From IMG/VR virus record IMGVR_UViG_2703718837_000001: a stretch of DNA of 49,704 nt. One strand, 5' to 3'. The translations under genes and the position numbers were made by a program. Shown here piece after piece: positions 26,777 to 36,080 of the stretch. The DNA comes from a virus (Duplodnaviria; Heunggongvirae; Uroviricota; Caudoviricetes). How positions within the stretch are numbered: the first letter of the stretch is position 1; the number at the start of each line of letters is the position of its first letter. The notes beneath the pieces were generated by a model. It was not told the origin of the DNA and ran no database searches. It worked only from the letters and a program-made list of their open reading frames with translations.

Positions 26777-27738
26777 AAAAAATAGTTTCCCGTGGACGAG
26801 TGCTGGGCAAGAATAGCTCCGAGTTTGCTCGCATGCTTGAAGGCAGTGAAGGCACCAAAACCTTTACCCTAAAATCTGGCCGCCAGGCTAAATTTTTGCT
26901 TACCGTTGTGCTGAGTGGTGAGATTGAGTCGCGCACGTTCGTTGACCCGGCAGTTAACGGCCGCGATCAGTCTCTGCTCACCCCTGAGTCGGTAAGCGAT
27001 ATTTCCCGCACCATTAAATTGCAACAGTTCTTCCCGGCTATCGGCCGTATGGTTGGGGAGCGCATTGAGGTATTGGACGGATCACGTCGCCGCGCTGCGT
27101 GTATCTTCAATGAAACGAAATTTGAGATTCTGGTGACGAAAGATGAGATCAGCCTGGCAGATGCCCGCCAGCTGGCCATTGATATCCAGACAGCCCGCGA
27201 ACACACCCTGCGCGAGCTGGGTAAACGCTTCGAGGTTATGTACGGCAAGAATATGACCAAAGAAGAGATCGCCCGAGCTGAGAACATCTCAAAGGCTAAA
27301 GTGACGCGAGCTTTCCAGGCTGCGGCGGTGCCGGATGAGATGATTGCTGTCTTCCCTGTTGCCAGCGATCTCGCCCTGCCTGATTACCAGTTGCTGCTCC
27401 AGATCTCCGAAGATGCTAACGCTAAAAACGTACCGATTGGAGAACTGGTTGATACGGTGCGCGAGCGAATTGCAGAGACTGAGGGCGCGAAAGAGGATAA
27501 AGCGAAGATACTGGCTATCTTCAAAGCGGAAAGCAAAAGCCTGAAACCTGCGCCGGTTAAATCTGTAGTGGTAGAGAAGCTGCGAGATTTCTCTGACCGA
27601 CGCCAGTACGCACGAAAGAAGACCGATCCGAAAAAACGGGTAGTCGCCTACGAGTTCTCCAGACTCCCATCTGAAGTGCAAACTGAAATTGACGAAGCAA
27701 TAAAAAAAATCATTGAGAAAATGTCCGCAGGAAAATAA
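26773..27738 (+). CDS. parB: Partition centromere-binding protein ParB
   Basis: 321 aa, ATGA overlap with parA. ParB/Spo0J-like core (IEVLDGSRRRAA) and HTH region. Confidence 0.9.
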   Translation: MKKIVSRGRVLGKNSSEFARMLEGSEGTKTFTLKSGRQAKFLLTVVLSGEIESRTFVDPAVNGRDQSLLTPESVSDISRTIKLQQFFPAIGRMVGERIEVLDGSRRRAACIFNETKFEILVTKDEISLADARQLAIDIQTAREHTLRELGKRFEVMYGKNMTKEEIARAENISKAKVTRAFQAAAVPDEMIAVFPVASDLALPDYQLLLQISEDANAKNVPIGELVDTVRERIAETEGAKEDKAKILAIFKAESKSLKPAPVKSVVVEKLRDFSDRRQYARKKTDPKKRVVAYEFSRLPSEVQTEIDEAIKKIIEKMSAGK

Positions 27739-27782
27739 ACCTGCTGGTGGGAGGTGGCGTTAGCCCCTCCCCTGCCTAAAAT

Positions 27783-27865
27783 GTCCCGCACCGATTTCAT
27801 TATTAACATTATGATTTATATATGTTTTTTAGAAAAATTTCAGACTGAAATTCCCACGGTTTAAC
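27783..27865 (+). promoter_or_regulatory. parS centromere (box A heptamers, box B-like hexamers, AT-rich IHF-type spacer)
   Basis: TCCCGCA-cc-GATTTCAT...AT-rich 40 bp...AATTTCAG-a-CTGAAAT-TCCCAC: same layout as remembered P1 parS but different box B letters. Confidence 0.6.
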
Positions 27866-27923
27866 GCCTGTATTACTCGTCCCCACTCCCCGCACAAAAA
27901 AATTAAAAAATTACTTTTCGCGA

Positions 27924-27952
27924 GAAAGTCAACAAGTGACTTTCAATAAAAT
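27924..27952 (+). promoter_or_regulatory. Late-promoter-like element upstream of gene 23
   Basis: GAAAGTCA-acaag-TGACTTTC inverted repeat, then 6 nt after GTGAC a TAAAAT -10 hexamer. Confidence 0.6.
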
Positions 27953-28003
27953 CTCTTCCGAAAAGGGATTCACACAAGTGCCTTGTGTTTAAGGAAGAGT
28001 AAC

Positions 28004-29710
28004 TTGAGTAACTTACGCGAATACCAGAATCGTATTGCAGATATCGCAAAACGCTCTAAAGCTGTGCTTGGCTGGGCAAGTACAGCACAGTTCGGTACTG
28101 ATAACCAATTCATCAAAGATGATGCCGCGCGTGCCGCATCTATCCTTGAAGCTGCACGCAAAGACCCGATTTTTGCAGGTATCTCTGATAATGCCACTGC
28201 TCAAATCGCTACAGCGTGGGCAAGTGCACTGGCTGACTACGCCGCAGCACATAAATCTATGCCGCGTCCGGAAATTCTGGCCTCCTGCCACCAGACGCTG
28301 GAAAACTGCCTGATTGAGTCCACCCGCAATAGCATGGATGCCACTAATAAAGCGATGCTGGAATCCGTCGCAGCAGAGATGATGAGCGTTTCTGACGGTG
28401 TTATGCGTCTGCCTTTATTCCTCGCGATGATCCTGCCTGTTCAGTTGGGGGCAGCTACCGCTGATGCGTGTACCTTCATTCCGGTTACGCGTGACCAGTC
28501 CGACATCTATGAAGTCTTTAACGTGGCAGGTTCCTCTTTTGGTTCTTATGCTGCTGGTGATGTTCTGGACATGCAATCCGTTGGTGTGTACAGCCAGTTA
28601 CGTCGCCGCTATGTGCTGGTGGCAAGCTCCGATGGCACTAGCAAAACCGCAACCTTCAAGATGGAAGACTTCGAAGGCCAGAATGTACCAATCCGAAAAG
28701 GTCGCACTAACATCTACGTTAACCGTATTAAGTCTGTTGTTGATAACGGTTCCGGCAGCCTACTTCACTCGTTTACTAATGCAGCTGGTGAGCAAATCAC
28801 TGTTACCTGCTCTCTGAACTACAACATTGGTCAGATTGCCCTGTCGTTCTCCAAAGCGCCGGATAAAGGCACTGAGATCGCAATTGAGACGGAAATCAAT
28901 ATTGAAGCCGCTCCTGAGCTGATCCCGCTGATCAACCACGAAATGAAGAAATACACCCTGTTCCCAAGCCAGTTCGTTATCGCGGCTGAGCACACGGTAC
29001 AGGCGGCGTATGAAGCACAGCGTGAATTTGGTCTGGACCTGGGTTCCCTACAGTTCCGCACCCTGAAGGAATACCTGTCTCATGAACAGGATATGCTGCG
29101 TCTTCGTATCATGATCTGGCGTACTCTTGCGACCGACACCTTTGACATCGCTCTGCCGGTTAACCAGTCCTTTGATGTATGGGCAACCATCATTCGTGGC
29201 AAATTCCAGACTGTATATCGCGACATTATTGAGCGCGTTAAATCTTCTGGTGCGATGGGGATGTTTGCTGGTGCTGATGCAGCATCTTTCTTCAAACAGT
29301 TGCCGAAGGATTTCTTCCAGCCAGCCGAAGACTATATCCAGACTCCGTATGTTCACTACATCGGTACCCTGTTCGGTAACGTGAAAGTGTACGAAGTACC
29401 TGCTGGTATTTGTAAGAACTTAACGACAGAGAACATTCAGTTCAGCTCGATGGATGTGCTGTGCTACGTCCGTGATGAAAATCCGGGTAAAGCAGGCTTC
29501 GTGACTGGTGATGCTGTCCCGGCCATCCCGTTCCAGCATCCGACCACTCCGGCGCTGGTCAACCGTACCACGCTGTGGGGTTCGGCTATCAACGATATGC
29601 ACCCACGCAACGGCGCTGATTACTTCACTCGTGTAACGCTGACAATGGCCAAAAAAGGCGGGCTTAACTTCATAAGCGGCGACACGATTGATGCCGGTGA
29701 CTCTGAGTAA
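28004..29710 (+). CDS. 23: Major head protein (P1 gene 23)
   Basis: Position next to parS as in P1. Long ORF (track start TTG 27983); TTG 28004 lies 7 nt after the RBS aaggaag. Synteny plus size; sequence family not independently verified. Confidence 0.75.
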   Translation: MSNLREYQNRIADIAKRSKAVLGWASTAQFGTDNQFIKDDAARAASILEAARKDPIFAGISDNATAQIATAWASALADYAAAHKSMPRPEILASCHQTLENCLIESTRNSMDATNKAMLESVAAEMMSVSDGVMRLPLFLAMILPVQLGAATADACTFIPVTRDQSDIYEVFNVAGSSFGSYAAGDVLDMQSVGVYSQLRRRYVLVASSDGTSKTATFKMEDFEGQNVPIRKGRTNIYVNRIKSVVDNGSGSLLHSFTNAAGEQITVTCSLNYNIGQIALSFSKAPDKGTEIAIETEINIEAAPELIPLINHEMKKYTLFPSQFVIAAEHTVQAAYEAQREFGLDLGSLQFRTLKEYLSHEQDMLRLRIMIWRTLATDTFDIALPVNQSFDVWATIIRGKFQTVYRDIIERVKSSGAMGMFAGADAASFFKQLPKDFFQPAEDYIQTPYVHYIGTLFGNVKVYEVPAGICKNLTTENIQFSSMDVLCYVRDENPGKAGFVTGDAVPAIPFQHPTTPALVNRTTLWGSAINDMHPRNGADYFTRVTLTMAKKGGLNFISGDTIDAGDSE

Positions 29711-29770
29711 TCAGGGGAAGTTCTCCGTTTAACATAGCGCCCCCGTGCGGGGCGCATAACAGGGAAAGTT

Positions 29771-31360
29771 ATGTCTCAATATTCAATTCAACAGTCATTA
29801 GGTAATGCATCCGGCGTCGCGGTTAGCCCGATCAATGCCGATGCGACGTTATCTACCGGTGTTGCATTAAATAGCAGCTTGTGGGCTGGTATTGGCGTAT
29901 TTGCGCGTGGCAAGCCGTTTACTGTTCTTGCGGTTACTGAGTCCAATTACGAAGATGTTCTCGGCGAACCGCTGAAGCCGTCTTCCGGCTCACAGTTCGA
30001 ACCAATTCGCCATGTATACGAAGCTATTCAGCAAACGTCTGGTTATGTTGTCCGTGCTGTTCCGGATGATGCGAAGTTCCCGATTATTATGTTCGATGAA
30101 TCAGGCGAACCGGCTTACAGTGCGTTGCCATACGGTTCTGAAATTGAACTTGATAGTGGCGAAGCCTTTGCTATCTACGTTGATGATGGTGATCCGTGTA
30201 TTTCACCTACCCGTGAGTTAACCATCGAAACGGCAACAGCGGACAGCGCGGGTAATGAACGCTTCCTCTTAAAACTGACCCAGACGACTTCGCTCGGCGT
30301 GGTAACGACCCTGGAGACACACACTGTGTCTTTGGCGGAAGAAGCGAAAGATGACATGGGCCGCTTGTGTTATCTGCCTACGGCTCTGGAAGCCCGTTCT
30401 AAATATCTGCGCGCGGTTGTTAATGAAGAGCTGATTTCGACGGCGAAAGTAACAAATAAAAAATCGCTGGCGTTCACTGGCGGTACCAACGGCGATCAGT
30501 CGAACATTTCCACTGCTGCTTACCTGCGTGCGGTGAAAGTGCTGAACAATGCGCCGTACATGTACACCGCTGTTCTCGGCCTGGGTTGCTATGACAATGC
30601 GGCGATCACTGCGTTAGGTAATATCTGTTCTGATCGCCTGATTGATGGCTTCTTTGATGTCAAACCGACATTGACGTACACGGAAGCGATCTCTGCTGTT
30701 GAAGATACCGGTTTACTTGGTACCGATTATGTAAGCTGTGCTGTCTATCATTTCCCGTTCTCCTGCAAAGACAAATGGACCCAATCCCGCGTGGTCTTCG
30801 GTCTGTCTGGCGCGGCGTATGCGGCGAAAGCTCGTGGCGTCAAGAAAAACTCCGATGTCGGCGGTTGGCATTACTCACCGGCTGGTGAAGAACGTGCCGT
30901 CATTGCTCGTGCATCACTTCAGCCGCTGTATCCTGAAGACACCCCGGACGAAGAAGCTATGGTCAAGGGCCGACTCAATAAAGTATCTGTAGGTACTTCG
31001 GGCCAGATGATCATCGATGATGCTTTAACTTGCTGCACGCAGGACAACTATCTGCATTTCCAGCACGTCCCATCCCTGATGAACGCAATCAGCCGTTTCT
31101 TTGTCCAGTTAGCCCGACAGATGAAGCATAACCCGGACGGCATTACTGAGTATGGCCTGACTAAAGGGATGACCAAACTTTTGGATCGCTTTGTCGCCTC
31201 CGGCGCTCTGGTGGCTCCTCGTGATCCTGATGCTGACGGTACAGAACCGTATGTGCTGAAAGTTACGCAGGCGGAATTCGATAAATGGGAAGTAGTCTGG
31301 GCCTGCTGCCCGACTGGCGTAGCCCGTCGTATCCAGGGCGTACCGCTGCTTATTAAGTAA
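29771..31360 (+). CDS. 22: Contractile tail sheath protein (P1 gene 22)
   Basis: 529 aa, directly after 23 as in P1. Size and composition typical of myovirus sheath. Confidence 0.7.
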   Translation: MSQYSIQQSLGNASGVAVSPINADATLSTGVALNSSLWAGIGVFARGKPFTVLAVTESNYEDVLGEPLKPSSGSQFEPIRHVYEAIQQTSGYVVRAVPDDAKFPIIMFDESGEPAYSALPYGSEIELDSGEAFAIYVDDGDPCISPTRELTIETATADSAGNERFLLKLTQTTSLGVVTTLETHTVSLAEEAKDDMGRLCYLPTALEARSKYLRAVVNEELISTAKVTNKKSLAFTGGTNGDQSNISTAAYLRAVKVLNNAPYMYTAVLGLGCYDNAAITALGNICSDRLIDGFFDVKPTLTYTEAISAVEDTGLLGTDYVSCAVYHFPFSCKDKWTQSRVVFGLSGAAYAAKARGVKKNSDVGGWHYSPAGEERAVIARASLQPLYPEDTPDEEAMVKGRLNKVSVGTSGQMIIDDALTCCTQDNYLHFQHVPSLMNAISRFFVQLARQMKHNPDGITEYGLTKGMTKLLDRFVASGALVAPRDPDADGTEPYVLKVTQAEFDKWEVVWACCPTGVARRIQGVPLLIK

Positions 31361-31369
31361 GGGAATACA

Positions 31370-32185
31370 ATGAGCAAAAACTTTTTTCAATCCGGGGCAT
31401 TTTTGGGGAATGGACTGTCCCGTTTCGCTTTGAACTCTGATCCTGTGCAGCTGATGGAGTCTGCCCGAGCAAGCGCCGAACCGCCAACAGATCCGGTTAT
31501 TAATAATAATCCGGAACCGGCGGCACAGACTAACGATAACGTTCCATCTGACCCGGCTCCTGAGCAAATCCTGGAAGGGAAAGACGGTAAAGAATGGACC
31601 GTCGAACAGGCGCACCAGATGATTCTGGAAGCCGCAAATCGAAGTGCTATGCAGAATGCGTTGAGTGATGCGGCCGACGCCGTTTTCGCCTGGGCTGATA
31701 GCGGTGATCTGACTTTCGACTCCCTTGATGGTTTCGTTCAGGCTATCGCTGGTATCTCTGATGACGACGACTCCGAAGTTACAGAAGAACAGGACGATGC
31801 CTATAACGAAGCATGGGCAAATGTTGCTGACTTCCTCGCAGTATGCGGTGTAGATGATGACCTGATCGAAGCACTGGCTGACGATGAAGACGACGACGCA
31901 GCTGCTGATGTTGGTGCCTCTATCGCTGGTTTAGATAGCGACGACCGCGACGAACTGGAAGCGGCGTTTGTTGTTGCTGGCACTTCTGATGAAATGCTGA
32001 CTGAAGCATTTAAGAAGGTTGTTCGTAACGGTGAGATCAAACTCATCCGTAAACGCCTGCGTAAAAAACGTCTGACTGCGGCTCAAAAATCGGCGCTGAA
32101 AAAAGCGCGTCGAAAAGCCCAGACCGGCGCGGCAAAACTTGCCCGCAAAAAGTCAATGAAACTGCGCCGTAAGCGCCTTGGCTAA
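31370..32185 (+). CDS. Hyper-acidic protein with a poly-basic C-terminal tail (position of P1 gene 21)
   Basis: 271 aa. Central DDDDSEVTEEQDD...DDEDDDAAAD; last 50 aa IRKRLRKKRLTAAQKSALKKARRKAQTGAAKLARKKSMKLRRKRLG. Confidence 0.7.
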   Translation: MSKNFFQSGAFLGNGLSRFALNSDPVQLMESARASAEPPTDPVINNNPEPAAQTNDNVPSDPAPEQILEGKDGKEWTVEQAHQMILEAANRSAMQNALSDAADAVFAWADSGDLTFDSLDGFVQAIAGISDDDDSEVTEEQDDAYNEAWANVADFLAVCGVDDDLIEALADDEDDDAAADVGASIAGLDSDDRDELEAAFVVAGTSDEMLTEAFKKVVRNGEIKLIRKRLRKKRLTAAQKSALKKARRKAQTGAAKLARKKSMKLRRKRLG

Positions 32186-32220
32186 AGGAGGAGGCCGGAG
32201 AACTCCGGCCTTTAACTTGA

Positions 32221-32802
32221 ATGGCACCTATTCCTTATGGGGTTTACAGCCAGGCTGACGGTGTATCGCCATTTCTGAAAGTTACTTTAACGAACTCTCA
32301 GTACCAGGTTACCGGATATATCAGCCAGGGGGCGGCAATGAACATGGCCCAGAATTGGGAAGCGCCGTTTACCGGTATGTCCATGGGATCTGTTGCTGGT
32401 GCTTTCAGTGGTTTTGCGCAGGTTGGTACTGAAACAACGTCGGTTGCCCGTTGGAACAGCTTAATGGTTTGGGAAGGGGGAACACCGCCGACTTTCACGC
32501 TGCCAGTAACTTTCATCGCTTTGTTTGACCCATTCACGGAGGTTTCAGGAGCTATCGCCGCATTGTCAGCGATGATTAGCCCGGAACTTAAAGATGCCAG
32601 TATTGGTGGTCGAATCCCGGAGCGTGTGACGCTAAACATTGGTCGCCGGATCAACATCATTGATGTCGCTATCCAGGACATAAGTTTCGATCTCGATGCG
32701 ACCAGGGACAGCAATGGGCATTTCCTGAAAAACACCGTCAACCTCCAGTTGACCGGTTCTTCGATATATAACAGCTCCGATATTGTTCGGGCGTTCCAGT
32801 AA
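32221..32802 (+). CDS. Morphogenesis protein (position of P1 pmgG)
   Basis: 193-aa ORF in the late operon, following a hairpin at 32193-32210. Confidence 0.6.
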   Translation: MAPIPYGVYSQADGVSPFLKVTLTNSQYQVTGYISQGAAMNMAQNWEAPFTGMSMGSVAGAFSGFAQVGTETTSVARWNSLMVWEGGTPPTFTLPVTFIALFDPFTEVSGAIAALSAMISPELKDASIGGRIPERVTLNIGRRINIIDVAIQDISFDLDATRDSNGHFLKNTVNLQLTGSSIYNSSDIVRAFQ

Positions 32803-32813
32803 AAGGATTTTAT

Positions 32814-33323
32814 ATGGGGCACAATAACACTAAGGGAAACCGTAAATTTATTAAGGGCCGCTATACTGCCAACGCGGCCAAAGGCGAACGACTGGTATCT
32901 TCTGAATTCCAGCTCACTTTTGCAGGCCATGAAGATATCAGCGTACTGGTTCGCACGTCGCAAATTCCTGAAATGACCCGCGAGGATGTGGAGGACTATG
33001 GTCCGAATGGTGTGAAGTTCAACCAGCACGGTCCAATCCGTAACTCCGGGGAAATCCAGGTCCAGTGCGTGGAGACTATCGAAGGTGATATTCTTCAGTT
33101 CATTAAAGATCGCATTGCGGCGAAGGACTATGTTGATATCACGATGGCTGCGACCCCTGAATCCAAATCTTCCGGGGTTAACGCCGTGACAAAAGCTGCT
33201 ACAACAATTGAAATGTTGGACTGCAAAATCTACAGTGATGCAATCGACTTTAGTACCGAAGATGTGACTGCCGCTGTGCGTCCGTCACTTCGTATCGTCT
33301 ACAACTGGATTGATTGGGATTAA
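32814..33323 (+). CDS. Structural protein (position of P1 bplB)
   Basis: 169-aa ORF with RBS aaaggattttatATG, followed by terminator aaagctcc-ttcg-ggagctttttt (about 33340-33366). Confidence 0.6.
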   Translation: MGHNNTKGNRKFIKGRYTANAAKGERLVSSEFQLTFAGHEDISVLVRTSQIPEMTREDVEDYGPNGVKFNQHGPIRNSGEIQVQCVETIEGDILQFIKDRIAAKDYVDITMAATPESKSSGVNAVTKAATTIEMLDCKIYSDAIDFSTEDVTAAVRPSLRIVYNWIDWD

Positions 33324-33406
33324 GAGTCATCCCTTGTATTTTAAAGCTCCTTCGGGAGCTTTTTTGTGCTTAAATCATGTCAATATAGCGAAATTTTGAG
33401 CATATT

Positions 33407-33703
33407 ATGGAAATTGATTTTTCATACTCTCCTGAAACGATAGAACGAAGATTCGAAATAATTGGATGCAAAACTATTTCCGAGGAGCATTATTGGATTC
33501 TCTATGATGCCAATACATGGTTATGTGCCTTAGCAGAATGTCAGCCATCGTTATGTGTAGGGGAGGGGGCTTTTCGACATAAGGTGCTGGCTACACTTGA
33601 AGTGAACACGTTACGATATTGGTGTGTAGAAATACTTAGTGATAACAAAGAATTGCACTTATTATTGCTGAATAAGTGTGCTTCTCTGCGCAGAAAAGCA
33701 TGA
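33407..33703 (+). CDS. Small Cys-rich protein (position of P1 pmgF)
   Basis: 98-aa ORF, low GC, followed by a 13-bp-stem hairpin plus T-run (33831-33868). Confidence 0.5.
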   Translation: MEIDFSYSPETIERRFEIIGCKTISEEHYWILYDANTWLCALAECQPSLCVGEGAFRHKVLATLEVNTLRYWCVEILSDNKELHLLLLNKCASLRRKA

Positions 33704-33868
33704 GAAAACCCAACCGCTCTCCCGGAATTATCAGAAGAATATGTGCGGAAAGTTATAGCTAGCTATTGAAAAGCTAAAGTAGATCGGTTAGATTTGCATT
33801 ACTCATCTACCATGTGTAGAAAGAGCGATCGAACCCGATACATAGCAATATGTGTCGGGTTCAGCTTT

Positions 33869-34333
33869 TTATGTCCCAAGTGCTCTTTTTCTGCTTTGTT
33901 TGAGTGTTCTGATTTTACTGTCATAGGTTACAACATAGGCTGTTTTGAGAAGCCAATAGTCTCTACGTGCGGATAGCACAACAACGTAGTTTTCACACTC
34001 ATTCCAGATTACCCACTCTTCAGTTGGTCCTCGTCTTTCAGACCAACATGATATATCGCAATGGTTATAATTCCTTATCATATGCGCGATCCAGCGAATT
34101 CGCTTGCACCGTTCAAGATCGGGTATACGTTCTTCTTCTTTTTTTCCCTCTGATACTAAATGCCAAAATCCGAACTCTTTCCCATCATATTCCGGTGAAT
34201 AACGTAATCGAACAGGGAGACCCTTAAACGTTATATTAGAGATTAAAATGTCTTCTCTGACAATATCATATACATCGTCTATATACTCTTGCCAACTTCC
34301 ATTGAAGTACAATAAATCTGGCATTTGAAGCAT
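33869..34333 (-). CDS. Unknown protein, translationally coupled partner of the DUF3800-like gene (position of P1 rlfB)
   Basis: The track ORF starts at 34348, but ATG 34333 overlaps the upstream TGA by 1 nt (cgcTGATGctt). About 154 aa. Motif CKRIRWIAHMIRN...YVVVLSARRDYWLLKTAYVV. Confidence 0.6.
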   Translation of the reverse strand: MLQMPDLLYFNGSWQEYIDDVYDIVREDILISNITFKGLPVRLRYSPEYDGKEFGFWHLVSEGKKEEERIPDLERCKRIRWIAHMIRNYNHCDISCWSERRGPTEEWVIWNECENYVVVLSARRDYWLLKTAYVVTYDSKIRTLKQSRKRALGT

Positions 34334-35037
34334 CAGCGAGCCTCCCACACGAAAATATTAAATTTACTTTCTGTTGGAAGAGTGCTTTTTAGTAACTCCC
34401 TGTTTGTATGTGATTTTATCCTGTTTATGACTTGGATTTTTCCCGCGTTGCTATTCATTCCTCGATGAACGTAGCCTAATGCACCAATGAAAAGATCCGT
34501 TAGCTGCAATTGTTGCACTTCATGAGATCGTATATGTTGAATTCTGTTTATCGACTCATGATTGTAATCATAGCGATCATTGTGAAGAACCCCTCTTAAT
34601 TTCTCAATTTTTTCAATACCTAAAGTATCTTTTATATCTAGGTAGATATTGTATGTGTTGTTACTTTCTATTATGTTTTTTAAGACATAAAAAAACATCT
34701 TATAATAGAAAGTATTATGATCTTGATGGAATCGAGCATGGTCCAGTTGCTCTTTATCAGGAACAACAACACCTCTAAAGCGCAATGCTGGGTTGCTGAA
34801 GAAGTAATCTACGACATCTAAGTAAAATTCAACTTTGGACGCAGATACTTTAGTCCACTTGATTTCGAAATCAGGTTTTAGATTGTGTTTTAATTTTAAT
34901 TCCTTGATGTCTCTAGCAATTTTTTTTGTGATAGTACCAGGACACCAAAGCGCACCCAATACCATGACTTTATTATGATCATTTAGTAGGTGACAGGATT
35001 CATCGCAGAATACATTAAATGTTCTTCGGTTCAACAT
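34333..35037 (-). CDS. DUF3800-like protein (position of P1 rlfA)
   Basis: 234 aa. N-terminal FNVFCDESCH (the DES signature I associate with DUF3800) and C-terminal QLQLTDLFIGALGY. About 33% GC. Confidence 0.6.
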   Translation of the reverse strand: MLNRRTFNVFCDESCHLLNDHNKVMVLGALWCPGTITKKIARDIKELKLKHNLKPDFEIKWTKVSASKVEFYLDVVDYFFSNPALRFRGVVVPDKEQLDHARFHQDHNTFYYKMFFYVLKNIIESNNTYNIYLDIKDTLGIEKIEKLRGVLHNDRYDYNHESINRIQHIRSHEVQQLQLTDLFIGALGYVHRGMNSNAGKIQVINRIKSHTNRELLKSTLPTESKFNIFVWEAR

Positions 35038-35185
35038 GTTAACTCCACTTATTGTTAGGTAGAATTGTCCGTTAGTTGTTTATTAATTGCAATAATGGGA
35101 CGTCCAGTTTTGGCAACTGTGTCCTCTTACCAAGACGCCTATGAGTTTGCCTCATGGCAAACTAGAAGTGTTGAAAGCATGCATG

Positions 35186-35202
35186 GTTCTAATTAGAGCA
35201 AT
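35186..35202 (-). promoter_or_regulatory. C1-operator-like half-conserved site between repL and the DUF3800-like pair
   Basis: Reverse complement = ATTGCTCTAATTAGAAC: the first 11 nt are identical to the operator consensus, the rest diverges. Confidence 0.4.
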
Positions 35203-35205
35203 TCA

Positions 35206-36051
35206 TTAACCTCTGAATCCTGCCGGTATACCCCATTGTTCGTTATCTTTATTTTTGGCTAAAACCGCATTAAGAGCTTCGTTTACCGTCATGCAATGCG
35301 GCAGATTATCGAAGTTTGATACCCCGCCAATATCAGGAGAACGCTTGTTCTTCAGGTAAGCATATTTCCGCGCTGCCGCCTCTACTTTCTGCTTGAACTC
35401 ATGTTTTTGAGCGCGTTTTTTGGATAACCGCAGATTGTCAGCCTTTGCTTTTGCCTCAGCGATCCATGAAGTCAATTTTTTGAGTCTGGTCGTTCCGGCA
35501 CCGCCGGAAACTGATCTTTTTGTTTTTTTAACTTGTGACTTCTTATTCTTTATTGCCACGTCATCCTGACAGGGGGAGGGGGTATCATTTTGACATGGGG
35601 GTGTGGATAAAAAATTAAATAAAGCCAATGTCTTAGCGAGAACAGCTTTAACCTTGGTTGCCGCTGAAGAGATCTTTAATTTGCTTTCAATCAGCGCATT
35701 TTTGGCTTGTTGTGCGAAGGCCAAAAAGGATGGTGTAAACCGGTACAGGTTAGCGCGACGTTCACGGTGATCGCCGATAACAATCTCTACAGACAGGATT
35801 CCTTTGTTTACAGCTTCACGGAATGCACGAACGACGGTTGATTGGCTATAACCAGTTTCTGCCGCGATCAGGCGGTGAGGCTTGTGAATGAAGTATTCAC
35901 TGGTTGTTGCCGCGAGATTTGCACATTGCGACAGGATATGCCCGGCGCTACGGGATAGACCGGAGTGTGTTACAAAGCAGGCCAATTCATAGCCAGAAAA
36001 AGTAAAATCGCTCATCGTTATACAGCTCAGGAAAGTGACTTTAGCCAGCAT
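35206..36051 (-). CDS. repL: Lytic replication initiator RepL (oriL expected inside the gene)
   Basis: 281-aa ORF directly downstream of kilA, as in the P1 kilA-repL operon. HTH-like STVVRAFREAVNKGIL. Confidence 0.8.
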   Translation of the reverse strand: MLAKVTFLSCITMSDFTFSGYELACFVTHSGLSRSAGHILSQCANLAATTSEYFIHKPHRLIAAETGYSQSTVVRAFREAVNKGILSVEIVIGDHRERRANLYRFTPSFLAFAQQAKNALIESKLKISSAATKVKAVLAKTLALFNFLSTPPCQNDTPSPCQDDVAIKNKKSQVKKTKRSVSGGAGTTRLKKLTSWIAEAKAKADNLRLSKKRAQKHEFKQKVEAAARKYAYLKNKRSPDIGGVSNFDNLPHCMTVNEALNAVLAKNKDNEQWGIPAGFRG

Positions 36052-36080
36052 TACAATGCTGGTGGTTCTTACTACGTCTG

